Source of the DNA: Eledone cirrhosa
Taxonomy: Eukaryota
DNA length: 64,000 nt
Assembly (NCBI GenBank): GCA_964016885.1
Contig: OZ024742.1
Coordinates: 74,772,001-74,836,000 of the forward strand
Direction: 5' to 3'
In this document: positions 26,039-39,839 of the stretch, in pieces
How positions within the stretch are numbered: position 1 is the stretch's first letter
Layout: every line of letters begins with the position of its first letter
Notes under the pieces: model-generated
Told to the model about the DNA's origin: nothing
Databases searched by the model: none
What the model saw: only the letters and a program-made list of their open reading frames with translations
Position numbers and translations under genes: made by a program

Positions 26039-26241
26039 CTGTGTGTGCGTGTGTATGAGTTGTGTGTGTATATATATATATATATACGGATTACGGATAT
26101 CTCTACATAAACAATAACTCTCTACTTGTGTGGGCCATGGTGTCTAAATCTTGATTCGAAAGACTTCGCCAGGTGACGCTATTAAGTTAGACATGACCTG
26201 GGCCATTACTGGCTGAAACCTATCAAAGTTAACAAAGCTAA

Positions 26242-26286
<45 letters not shown>

Positions 26287-26290
26287 TGTA

Positions 26291-26374
<84 letters not shown>

Positions 26375-26922
26375 ACGATATCACCAGGCCATTGAAATAT
26401 GTAGAGTGTGAAAGTGATTGGTGTTAGGAAGGACATCCATCTGTAAAAAAAACAAAAAAACTGCGTTCTTAGTCTCGTTATAGTACTTCTGATTGCATCA
26501 CACAGGTATCGGAAAGTTTACACTGTTTCTATTGAACCGTCTGGGCATTTGAAAATGCTTGTATCCTGTGGTCACTTTCTACTGACTGTACCTGAGCATC
26601 GGCTGCATATAAAACCTACGTTCTTTGATAGCCTGCCTGTGATTCCACTACTTTATTATGTACCCATAGCTTGCATTTGGGTCATAAAAGGGAATTTCTA
26701 CCTATTCCTTTCCTGCACACCGTGCAAAGCCATTTCCATTGGGGAATCTGGGCAAAGTTTTTCTTTCTACAAACTAGAAATTGTGTCTTAGACGAGATAC
26801 CTCTCAGACCTTTTGATTCTAGGCCATGCTTCCACGTTTTGAATTTCGTCTCTCTAAATATATATAAACCCTTGCTAGCAGGGAAATCGGACGTTAAGTT
26901 GACAATGATGATGATGATGATG

Positions 26923-27027
<105 letters not shown>

Positions 27028-27174
27028 TGATTTAAATCCGTTCCTGCAATAAACACAGAATTGATCATCAACGTTGAATGAGTTGCGTCACGTAGAGTGC
27101 TTTTTCTACTATTATATCATTGTTAACTAAACAGAATGACCAGTTCTATCCAGTGGTGAACCACTAAATATAAA

Positions 27175-27260
<86 letters not shown>

Positions 27261-27269
27261 TGAAATAAG

Positions 27270-27720
27270 GCTACTACCCCCGAAACCCACCACAGGACGG
27301 GGTCTTGTACAATTGCCACAATAAGGAAGCTTGTCCACTCGAAAATAAATGCCTGACGAATAACATCGTATATAAATGTGATGTCTCAGGCATTGATGAC
27401 AACAACAAAAATACATATATCGGAATGACATCCAACAATTTTAAGACCCGGTGGTATGGTCATATCCACTCGTTCTGAAGACAGGACAAATCCAATCAAA
27501 CAACACTCGCCCCCTATGTCTGGGACCTCAAGAGGAACTACCCCTCTTTCACGCTCAAATGGAAATTACTCCAGGGAACGCGCTCATACACGAGAGGACA
27601 CAATGTTGCGATCTTTGTATTTCAGAGGGCTATGAGATACTATTCGCCAAGGGCTCATTACTGAACAAACTCTCTGAACACTTCCCGAATTGTATGCACA
27701 AAAATTTACAACATACAAAT
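27270..27720 (+). pseudogene. Degraded PLE GIY-YIG fragment
   Basis: [46 protein letters not shown] across frameshifts. Confidence 0.8.
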
Positions 27721-28072
27721 ATTACAAATCAGTCTTGCCACCAGAACGATAGTTTTCAAAAAGACGTTACTCGACAAAATATCCCCTCCCTCTCCATCCC
27801 AGTCTCCCCTCCCCTCAACTCATGCCCCCCTTCGATCCGCCTCATAGTACTGACGTTATGTAAGTACTTTTTACCTACTTACCTTTTGTACTTGTATAAC
27901 TTATTTGTATGTGTGTGCATATACGTGTGTGTATGCCTGTATGCACGTCTTTGCATGTATGCTTTTGCGTGTATATATGTATGTGCGTGTTTATGCATAT
28001 ATGTACGTCTTTGCATGTATGCTTTTGCGTGTATATATATATATATATATATGTGTGCGTGCGTGTGTATAT

Positions 28073-28158
<86 letters not shown>

Positions 28159-28247
28159 CATATGTATATATACACATGCACACACACATATATATATATA
28201 CACGCAAAAGCATACATGCAAAGACGTATATATATGCATAAACACAC

Positions 28248-28282
<35 letters not shown>

Positions 28283-28299
28283 GTGTGTATGTATATATT

Positions 28300-28355
<56 letters not shown>

Positions 28356-28359
28356 CACA

Positions 28360-28433
<74 letters not shown>

Positions 28434-28434
28434 C

Positions 28435-29122
28435 AAAGTGTTAAAACGATCAAATTTTAGTTTAAAACATTTATTTGCTTACAATTGTTTCTTCCAGAGG
28501 GAAGTCTGGCTTCATCGGAGCATAGGGAATGTCGAAACGTGACTAACATGCTAGTCATTCAGAACATTTAGGGTACATAATTGATTTTAGTGTCAAAGGC
28601 ATCATGTGAAGTGTTAGGAGTTAAAAGGATGTTATGCTTGAGAGAACACAATAACGGGCAGCACTGGTTGAAAGTGTAAGAGGCATAATAAAAAAGTACA
28701 GCCGTATTGATGGATTGACTCCTGAATCGTGCACCACTTTTCCTTGCTTGTAACTTTTTTGCCTGTACTTTTTTATTATACCTCTTACACATTCAATCAT
28801 TGCTGCCTGTAATTGTGTTCTCTCAAGCATAACAACTTTTTAACTCCTGACTCTACGCATGATGCATTTGACACTAAAAACAATTATGTACCCTAAATGT
28901 TCTGAATGAATAGGATTTTAGTCACATGTTTCGACATTCCCAGTGCTCCGATGATTTCAGACTTCCCTCTGGAAGAATCAATTGTCAGCAAATAAATGTT
29001 CTAAACTAAAATTTGATCGTTTTAACACTTTCTATCTCGGCTCTGTAAAACACTTGAAAATTTGCATTGAGCCTTTTGTGATACCGGTAACCGGCTGGCT
29101 AATACTTAGAACTACCCTCCAT
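28435..29122. mobile_element. Fold-back non-coding element (family E) with two U4C HHRs and tail
   Basis: 28435-~28650 is the reverse complement of ~28820-29031. HHR minus at 28476-28522 (tgct-CCGATGA..GAAA-caattg-TA-agca) and plus at 28944-28990. Tail 29032-29122. Confidence 0.75.
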
Positions 29123-29165
29123 ATTTATAGTTGTATTAAACATATATAAATATAAATATCCTTAT

Positions 29166-29242
<77 letters not shown>

Positions 29243-29261
29243 TATATATTTATATATATAC

Positions 29262-29351
<90 letters not shown>

Positions 29352-29739
29352 ATATGTGTATCTGTGTGTGTGTATGTGTATATATGTGTATATGTATGAA
29401 TGTGTATGTGTATATATACATGTGTATGTTTGTATGATATATATGTATATATATGTGTGCGCGTATATATATATATATATATAAATTGTTTTTATATGTG
29501 TATGTATATACATGTTTATACGTGTGTATTTATAGATATGTATGTATGTATTTGCACATATGTGGGTGTTTGTGTGTATATGTGTATGGGTGTGTGGGTG
29601 TGAGCGTGTGTGTGTGTGTGCGCGCATGTGTGCCTGTGTGTGATTATAAAGACCTGACCATTTTGTACACTTTAACACAGCATGTTACATACCCACTTAA
29701 AGAATTTCCTTTTTGTCTGCTTAGCATAATCGAACCTTG

Positions 29740-29799
<60 letters not shown>

Positions 29800-29802
<3 letters not shown>

Positions 29803-31440
29803 AGTATATAACAGTTAGTTCATAATACCGAGAACAAATGTTTCACCTTAATCGGATCCTCAGCTCGGTCTAAATGAGGTTGTACGGAAAAGGACAGACA
29901 ACCGTACGAATACGCATGCGCATAAGCAGTCACTTTTCTTGGAGGAGGTAAACCCACGATAGATCGATATGAGGGTGATAACTGTGGATGTCCGGAATAA
30001 ATTAGTCAAGCTACTCAGAATATTATAGATTGTTGATCTGGAGCTTTGTATTTATGTAATAGGTGTTTCTAGATGTGTGGACAACGTGAAAAAGTTCATT
30101 TCTTGAATTTAGGCAATCGTTATTACGTAAACTTCTCAGGATATTGATATTTTCTTCAACGCACAGCCCACAAAGCGGATTTCCCCTTGCGAATGGCTTG
30201 GATTTTGTAATAGCTTTCCATTGGATGGAGTAATCTACATCTGAGTCTTTGGGGGATTATACGTGGCTCCCGAGTTTCGTGGATGATCGTTTGTCAGGGT
30301 ATCTAAAGGTCGACTGATGGTTCAGGAAGCGTTCCTTTACCCGGCCCTCCACCTTACCTACATAGGATTTAACCTCTTGTTATTAATTTGGTCGGTTAGA
30401 GGTGACTACAGCTTCGTAAATTACAGCGGGTGTGTTGCATTGTTGTTGAAGGGGAAAATCTTCAGGCTTTCAGAAAGAGCAACCTGGTGGGGTGTTGCAC
30501 TTAGGGCTGTTGGTGATCTGGGCCTTCATATTCTTAACACAGGAGTATCCTAGTTTCACCCTGCGTCTGTTAAAGATGGAGCGGTATTTGCGACCTACGG
30601 GGAAGTGTCTATCTAAGAGAGCTAAAAAAAGTTCCTACATTAGTTTTAACGTTGAATGCGAAGGTGGCGGGGGACCAAATTGTTTTTCTATCAGCTCGAT
30701 TTCTTTTCCTATTGGTGTTGGTGTTAGCAGGGGAGTGAGTAATTGGTTGTGAGAAGCTGCTGTTAGCTAACTCCGCATTGTAGTAGAGTGCCACTCTGTC
30801 AAAGATTGCTTTATTAGAGGAGAGTTTAGAGATTTTAGTACCGATATTATTCACGAAGTTTCTAAAAACTGTAGGAGGGTGGCATGAGTCCTTGTGTATG
30901 TAATTAAGTTTTTCATTTAGTTTCTGGAAGGGTCTAAAGGTGTGTATGTGTGAAGATCTAAATTTATGTCTAAGTAATCTACGCTAGTGAGGTTGGTAGC
31001 TACCGTTATCCTAAGTCCTAACGCATTAAAAGTTGTAATTAAATCTTTTTTAAACCGTTCCAGGTTGTGACCACTTTTATGGCTCTATAGGGTCAGTCCA
31101 TCGTCGCGGTATAATCTGTGTGGAAGTCCGGGAATCTAGTACGTAACATATCTAAAATAAATAAGCCAACCAAGTCGCATACATCAGCACTATCGAATGA
31201 TCTCATTGAGACGTCGAATAGTTATGAAGTAGTTGACTTCTTTGTCCAGGCTACTCCTTTATTGAAGGGGAGGGTTTTCCGGGAATGTGCAATGCATGGA
31301 CGACAGTGTAAGTGGTAGCAAAGTCCAACGCTTTGTTCAACAGGATCACCGAAATCGACGGGTAAAAATCCACAATGTCGAATTGAGTGAACTTTTTTGA
31401 AGCTGAAAGAGTTAAACCACTTAATGATGGAGTCACTGTT
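29800..31440 (-). mobile_element. Decayed PLE (RT + GIY-YIG) with 3' HHR
   Basis: QFDIVDFYPSIS..LLNKALDFA, LYRDDGL (~31094-31116), GIY-YIG remnants at 30100-30450. Confidence 0.85.
29828..29868 (-). ncRNA. Type I hammerhead ribozyme (family F)
   Basis: Reverse complement reads ccgag-CTGAGGA-tcc gattaa ggt-GAAA-catttg-TT-ctcgg. Confidence 0.8.
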
Positions 31441-31766
31441 CTCCTACTGGAACAGGTTGGACTCTATCCTGTCTGTATGACTGTAGACACCTGATCATCT
31501 TTGCAGACCTCATCATCTTTTAGCAGAGCATTTAATATTGCAACTCAATGAAAACCCATAGTTGGCTTGGAATAAATGAACCTTGAAAATTAGGAGTGCC
31601 TCTCAGCGTGTTTGTGTTTGTCTACTTCTGCGTTTGTATCACTATGTATTTTTCTCTAAATCCCCTTTCTTTAAATCCATCAGCCAATAACCTCCACCCA
31701 TCCCAATCACCACCCTCCCCTACCACCAGAAAATGTAAAATATCACCATATTATATTGACAGTCAT

Positions 31767-31814
31767 CTTTCCTGATGATTTCCTCCGAATGAAACAGTTA
31801 TAGTCCTGTAGAAG
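31767..31814 (+). ncRNA. Type I hammerhead ribozyme (family D)
   Basis: tttc-CTGATGA-tttcctccgaat-GAAA-cag ttatagtc ctg-TA-gaag, followed by the family D tail to ~31899. Confidence 0.7.
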
Positions 31815-31897
31815 CCATTTCTATATTAAATATTCATACTTTGCTTTATATTGAGTACCTTACTTACTGTGGTTACCCCCGATTGAACCCGGGATAA

Positions 31898-31961
<64 letters not shown>

Positions 31962-33053
31962 GAAAACCAAACAATGCATTAGAAAGAAAATTATTGTGAA
32001 AAGATAACAAAAGTATCTTACTTTAGCGAATTTAATATTGACGATTATAATAGATATGCTTGAATACATTATTGATAAATATAATTACGTATATATGACT
32101 ATATTGTACATTAAATCAATATGCATATCAACAGCAATATATATTATATGTATATATATGTGTGTATGTATATATATATATATATATGCATGTGTGTGTA
32201 TACGTGTTTGTATATGTTTACGAATGCATTCGTATGAGCGCGTGTATATGTATATGTGTGTGGATGTGTGTTTTTATATCTATGTTTTTTACATACTTAT
32301 ATATATGTGTGTGTGTGTGTATATATATATATATGGTCGCGTGCGTGCGTGCGATTAGATGTATATGTATGTATATATATGTGCTTCGTGTGTATGTATG
32401 CGCGCTTTTGTATGTATGTACGCATGTATGTGTTTTTGTCTGTACGTATTTATATATATATATGTGTGTGTACGAACCTCTGTATGTTTTCTATTTTTTC
32501 TAGTATTACTTTATAACTGATAACCCCTCCCTCTTACTTTCTCTTTGATTTAATTCTTTTATTCTCATATATTTTTTCATTTTTTCATTTTCATATTTTA
32601 TTTTTTTTATATATGTATCACTCCCTTCCCTGTATATATCACATGCATGTATGCGGTTACGCGTGTGTGTGCTTATACAGCGTGCTTTCATACTTGTATG
32701 TGTATATAGTGCAATCCTTAGTCCCTGAGTATGTACGTACGCTAACTCTATTATCTTACAATTTCTTTTTTCAACAGATATTATATACGTATTTGTGGTC
32801 ACACATACACTGATATGCTTGCCCTCATGTATGTACTTACGCACACATTTGTTCACTATACACATGCATTTGTACATACACACATATGTACATTTGTAGG
32901 TGCATATACACACATTTATACACATACCTTTACTATATTTCCTTATTTTATTCTTATATATCTCTTGCATTAATTTTATTTATATATATATATTTTTTGC
33001 CCGTTAAACTTTTGCCTTTCTTGAGGAGATTTTTCAAATATTTCACTGTTTTA

Positions 33054-33131
33054 AATTGCCTTGTCTGACGAACGAATGAGGACGTTTCTTGTATTCGTCT
33101 TATTCGGGAAACCTCTGGTAATGAGGTAATT
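33054..33131 (+). ncRNA. Type I hammerhead ribozyme with long stems
   Basis: aattgccttgt-CTGACGA-a cgaatgaggacg..cgtcttattcg g-GAAA-cc tct gg-TA-atgaggtaatt; 11-bp stem I including G-U pairs. Confidence 0.85.
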
Positions 33132-33227
33132 ATATTGTATTGTTTATTATACATTAAATTTAGCTCTGTAACTTACATAGAGCACTCTTCACTCCTATGA
33201 CTTTTTCAATTTTCAACGGAAACTTTA

Positions 33228-33351
<124 letters not shown>

Positions 33352-33354
33352 ATG

Positions 33355-33385
<31 letters not shown>

Positions 33386-33391
<6 letters not shown>

Positions 33392-33961
33392 ATAAATGCT
33401 CTGAAATAGCGATATATATGTGAATATAGACATAGAATATTCGAAAATATTCTGTATGTTTATAATAAACATTTTGAAGACCTAATCGCTATAGAATAGA
33501 ATACGTCACGTATTACAATTAGATTCTCGATAAAAGCAAGGGAAGTAAGTCTACGCGTTTCATTCTTGTTAGAATTCATCAGGACTACATATCCAGTGCT
33601 TTTATCGAGAATGGCACAGCTAGAGACTTATAGAATACTTAGCTGTGTACAGGAACTGGTTTGAAAGAGCGGTTGCCGGTCCGGCAGAAATTAGAAATTG
33701 GAATAAATGCTCTGAAATAGCGATATATATGTGAATATAGACATAGAATATTCGAAAATATTCTGTGCCATTCTCGATAAAAGCACTGGATATGTAGTCC
33801 TGATGAATTCTAACAAGAATGAAACGCGTAGACTTACTTCCCTTGCTTTTATCGAGAATCTAATTGTAATACGTGACGTATTCTATTCTATAGCGATTAG
33901 GTCTTCAAAATGTTTATTATAAACATACAGAATATTTTCGAATATTCTATGTCTATATTCA
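33386..33961. mobile_element. Short fold-back copy of the 310-bp HHR family
   Basis: About 1.2 units forward to 33766, then ~0.6 unit inverted (ctgt microhomology at 33763-33766). HHRs at 33545-33588 (-) and 33794-33837 (+). Confidence 0.9.
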
Positions 33962-34071
33962 TATATATATATATATATATTTGTGTATATATATATATGT
34001 GGGTGTATATATATATATATTTGTGTATATATATATATATGTGGGTGTATATATATATATATATTCTATCA

Positions 34072-34206
34072 TTACAACAGCAGAGATCCGACATGTTTTT
34101 GATTCCAGAGTGGGGCCAGATCGATACAGATCGAACTTGAGATGATCAATAGCGAAACGCGTGTCCCCAATCAATAAAAGTAATGAAGGTTTACAAATCG
34201 TCCTTG

Positions 34207-34210
<4 letters not shown>
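34072..34210. repeat. Interspersed repeat adjoining (TAT)n; inverted diverged copy at 39250-39397
   Basis: gattccagagt.gggccagatcga and acaaatcgtccttg occur as reverse complements at the second locus. Confidence 0.65.
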
Positions 34211-34300
<90 letters not shown>

Positions 34301-34305
34301 TATAT

Positions 34306-34542
34306 AGTGGTAGAACACAGGAAGGTAATATCCGTAGTGGTAGAGCACTCAGTCCATGGGACGAGTTAGGTAGAAGTGGTTACACAACAGTTAGTTCACC
34401 ATACCGAGAACAATTGTTTCACCTTAGCGGATCCTCAGCTCGTAATGGACATGGTTATACGGATAACACATGTCCATTACGAGCTGAGGATCCGCTAAGG
34501 TGAATTGTTCTCGGTATGGTGAAATAACTGTATAACCACTTC
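34306..34542. mobile_element. Miniature fold-back element (family F) with HHRs and tail
   Basis: Arms ~34374-34453 and ~34469-34541. Intact minus HHR at 34405-34442 (cgag-CTGAGGA-tccgctaaggt-GAAA-caattg-TT-ctcg). The plus copy 34480-34513 has a 4-nt deletion at GAAA/stem III. Tail 34306-34373. Confidence 0.8.
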
Positions 34543-34569
34543 AATATATATATATATATATATATATAG

Positions 34570-35089
<520 letters not shown>

Positions 35090-35285
35090 CTTAAATGCGA
35101 GGAAAGAATAGACAAAGATATATCTACTTTTTTTTTTTTTTTTTTTCTTGAATACCTTTGTCTTTACTTTCCGCACGTTTATAATTTGATAAAGAGCTCT
35201 TTCGGTCATTGAACAAAAACTTCTCGAAGCGACACACCGCACACACATATACTTATGCATCTGTGTGTTGTGTATCTTATTATGC

Positions 35286-35333
<48 letters not shown>

Positions 35334-35687
35334 CTGTCGATCGATTGGTTATTGATTAGGCGATACCCACTATTGATGCCGCATAAGCCGATTGTACATT
35401 GTTGCATAATATATGCAGACGGATGGTGCAGTGCACCTTACTGCTACATTAGTGCGGCCGAAATTCGAGTCCGGGAATTATATATAGGTTCCCGTGTTAC
35501 GTGTGTTGTATTGAAGCGAATAACTATGTGTATACTCTGGAAATGTATCTTACATTGCCTATTGAGTACGCTGAGATACAACCGATCCTGGCCTTGATAA
35601 ATATGCTGGGTCCGTCAACTCCTTATATAAATATATATATATATATATATACGTATCTCTCTCTCTCAATAATAATAATAATAATAA

Positions 35688-36352
35688 TGCTTTCTTTATT
35701 AACCACAAGGTTTGACACGAAGTATAACATTAAGGACAGCACAGGACAATACAGGACGTTACAAATGGGAATTTCTGCGTGTAAAAAACAAACAAAAACA
35801 GGGGATGTAACAAAAAAGAAACAAGAAGAAATTCCCCAATAGGGGGGGGGGGGAGGACTTCCGGGGGACACTCATTGAGAAATACGTGTCTATCAAATGG
35901 CGACCACACCTGATCGCCGTCGAGGAAAAGGTGGAGATGCCGTAGCCTGAGCGCATGTTTGCGCATCATCAGCCACGGCATACCCAGCACTCCACGTAAC
36001 GGGTGTTGACAGCAAACGGACCACTTGACCATCGGAGCGCGTCCCTTCCACAAAAAGCGAAAGAGCAAACGCTCCAACGCAGTCAGTCGAGGCTTAGGAC
36101 AAGGCACGACGGTCAGGCGGTAGTAGTGGACGGACGCGATGTACGCGTCGCCACCTCCACTCGACCTTTCAAGGATAGCTTCCTCTCGGCCGATTTCTGG
36201 ATGAGATAGGCCACCCTGCTCCTCACCTTGTCCCAGTTTTTGTCCGTCTGGAGGTCCGGACCGAACCAGACCCCTAGCAATTTAACCGGTCCGTCCGTTC
36301 AGTGCCGCACGATGCTGCTGGATGGCATGGACCTGCAACTCCAGGTGCCGGC
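35688..36352 (-). mobile_element. 3' fragment of a Tx1/L1-like LINE
   Basis: PCPKPRLTALERLLFRFLWKG..CCQHP is homologous to 42156-42490. The 3' UTR ends in aataaa next to (TAT)n. Confidence 0.8.
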
Positions 36353-36439
36353 CGATCCGGTATGAGTTTTTATCATTTTACATTGGCTTTATTTTGTTGC
36401 GTTTCATCCTTAACCGCCAAGGGGTAATCATTTCATGTT

Positions 36440-39250
36440 TCCACAGGCGGGATTTAAACTGACATAGAAATTTTAGCAAACTACAAAGTAGGTGTACATG
36501 TTAAACAAACTAAACTCGGAAAATTGAAAAGAAAATACAATATAAAATCAACAAGTGACATAGACATGCTGATAGAAACAATCAAGCAAAAAGTGTTGGC
36601 CAAAGCTGCTCGTATAAGGCGCTTTGAAAAACGCTCTAGATTCTATAAGGACAATAATATATTCAAAAACAACCCAAAAAACTACAGAAAAATTGGCAAG
36701 TCAACAATAACTGCTAAATCAATACCACCCAAGGAGGAAGTGTAAGAATTCTGGGAAAATATCTGGGCCGAAGAAACAGTTCATAATATACATGTCCTAT
36801 GGATAGACAGACAAATGAAAGATACAGCTCACCTTGAGGAACAAACATGGCAAAATATAACAGTTGAACATCTGCGTTTAGCTCTTAGAAAATCCAGCAA
36901 ATGGAAATACCAAGGGAAAGACAAAATATCAAATTTTTGGATAGAAGCCTTCACAGAGTCTCATGAGCTGTTAGCCCAATAAGGAGCAAGAAAATATACC
37001 ATCTTGGCTAGTTAACGGCATTACATTCCTACTTTCGAAGAATGATGAGACAAATAATCCCCAAAATTAAAGACCGATAACTTACTTGACCACAATGAAT
37101 AAAATTTTAACATCAGTCCTAACTGAATATACATATGATCACCTGATAACAAATGATCTATTTCTCAATGAGCAGAAAGGGTGTAAACGAGGCTCATATG
37201 GCTCTAAGGATCAGCTTTTGGGTAACAAAATGATACTGGAAGATTGTCATAATAAACACAAAAATCTATCAACTGCTTGGATAGATTACAAAAAAGCATT
37301 CGTTAGTTTGCCACGGATTGAAAAGTGTTTAGAGATTTTCAAAATATCTCCCGTTATCAGATTTTCAAAATATCTCCTGTCATTCAGTATGAAAACATGG
37401 AAAACGACACTCGTTTTGAATAGTGAAAATAAATCACTGGAATCTGGAGAAGTTAATATTAATTGTGGAATTTTTCAGGGTGACTCTTTATCACCACTTT
37501 TATTCTGCATCGCACTTATACCATTAAGTAAAATGCTCAATGAAACAAAACATGGATATAAAGTCTATGACAAATCATTAATCTCTTGTTCTACATGGAT
37601 GACCCGAAACTATTTGCAAAAATTGATGAGCAATTGCAAGGGCTATTGTCCACTGTGAAGCAATTCAGTGATGATATTAAAATGAAGTTTGGACTAGATA
37701 AATGCGTCAAAGCCACGTTCACCAGAAGAAAGCTGCTGAGAAGTTCAGACATTAATCTTGATCGGGGGGAACTTGCTCAAGAGAAAACTTACAAATATCT
37801 AGGTATTTGTGAAGGAGACGGAATCAAGCACTCGACAACGAGGGAAAGGATAAGGAAGGAATGTTATCGTAGAGCAAGAGCAATCTTAAGAACGGAGTTG
37901 CATGCAAGGAATAGGATCGATGCCATAAACACGCTTGCCATACCATTAGTAACCTACAGTTTCAATGTCATCAACTGGTCAAGCACAGAGATCCGTAGGC
38001 TCGATACAAAAATTAGAAAATTCTTAACCATGCACAGAATGCATCACCCTAAGGCAGATACATATATATCTCCCTAGGAAAGAAGGAGGACGTGGATTAA
38101 TCCAGTTAGATATTGCTTTGAAAACTGCAACAATTGGATTATCTACATATCTAAGTGAGGCACATGATTGGATGATCAAACACGTTTTGAAACATGAAAG
38201 CATCAAAAGATCATATTCCATTACAAAATATGCACAAAGATATAGTAATGAACTATAAATTTCAGAAGTTCCCTTTACTGCTGAAATGAAAAACACAGAA
38301 AAAGCAAAGCAAGTAAAAGTAACTGAAAAGAAAGAACTGCTACAGAAACTGGCTAAGAAATGGCAAGAAAAGCCTCTGTATGGAAAATACCCAGAAAGAG
38401 CTAACAATCCTGTGATTGACAAAACTTTAACCCATCAGTGGTTGGCATTCTCTGGACTGAAATCGGAGACTGAAGCACAAGATCAGTGTCTTCCAACATA
38501 AAATTATCAAGCCAACATATTCAAAAATGGATGTAACCCATTATGCCGTGTATGTAAAAAACACCCAGAGACCATTGATCATATAATTTCAATGTGCAGT
38601 CCTATAGCTCCAACCGAATATCTAAACAGGCACGACAGAGCTGCACAATACATACATTGGATAATGTGTAAGCATTTTGACCTTACCCCATCAAAAGAAT
38701 TGGTGCGAGCATCAACCACCTTCCGTACTTGAAAAAGATCACATCTCAATCTTGTGGAACTTTAGCATCCAAACAGACCGAAAAATAGATGCAAATAGAC
38801 CTGATATAATACTGAAGGACTTTAAAAGGAGGGTATGCCTGCTAATTGATATGTCCGTTCCAATAGACAAGAATGTATCTATAAAAACATTTGAAACATT
38901 GAGCAAGTATAAAGACCTGGAGATAGAAATTGGGAACTAAAACAATATCAGTGGTTGTAGGCGCTCTAAGAATGATACCTAAGGTGTCTAATGATTACTT
39001 ATCCCAAATCCCAGGAATCCCGCGTATAGAAGAAATTCAAAAGATAGTACTAATGGGAACTGCCCATATACTAAGGACGATTCTGTCAATATAAGTACAT
39101 CACAAGTCTAAACACCTAAAGATGCATGTGTGTGTAGGTATGTTCTCTCTTGAACATGGCGGACTTTCTTGGCTCTTGAGGTCACTCGGCTGTGACTTGG
39201 AGATAACTCGTATGAACACAAAGCAAGGCAATTGAAATAATAATAATAAT
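36440..39250 (+). mobile_element. Decayed R4/Dong-like non-LTR retrotransposon (RT + CCHC + restriction-like endonuclease)
   Basis: EQKGCKRG, AWIDYKKAF, GIFQGDSLSPLLF, FYMDD, CRVC..ETIDHIISMC..RHD, RPDIILKD..LLIDMSVP; ends in (TAA)n. Confidence 0.9.
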
Positions 39251-39393
39251 ACAAGGACGATTTGTTAAACCTTGATTACGTTTATACGTTTATTGATTGG
39301 TGATGTGCATTTGGCTATCGATCATCCCAAGATTCGATCTGGCCCGACTCTGGAATCAATAGCTTGTCGGACCTCTGCAGTTGTAATGGCTGA

Positions 39394-39472
<79 letters not shown>

Positions 39473-39477
39473 CATAC

Positions 39478-39830
39478 ATACCCCCTCTATTATCACAAGC
39501 TCCTACATAGTCCCAACGTGCGTCTAAGATGCCATTCTAGTCCCTCGCTAACACTAAGGTGCGAGACGTTTCCAGGAATGGCTCCAGACGCTTGAAAACT
39601 CTGGTCACGATGTCCCAATCCTTTTAGCAGGACACGGTTAAGTGGTGTTTGGCAAGGGGGGGCCCACATCATGTGGGAAGTTCCCTTTTAAGGTGTCGTA
39701 CTGTAGGGTTGTTACCCTGATTAGGTTAAAGTTTGAGGGCGTGTCGTTGGTGGGGAAGGTTTTCCCTTCCATTAGTATTGTGGGACTCCTTTCGGACAGT
39801 TTCCACCAGTTCTTTGTTTCTTGATTTTAT
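39478..39830 (-). mobile_element. Deleted 5' fragment of a Tx1/L1-like element, head-to-head with the next copy
   Basis: 39478-39610 is the reverse complement of ~40418-40549. ~39620-39757 is the reverse complement of ~39840-39980 (diverged). Confidence 0.7.
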
Positions 39831-39839
39831 GTATGTGTA

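Noticed and set aside
27451-28542. Long ORFs rich in YI/HT/CV/MY (also at 9.2, 18.7, 42.5, 52 and 55.5 kb)
   Set aside because: They are translations of stop-free (AT)n, (CA)n and (TATG)n microsatellites.
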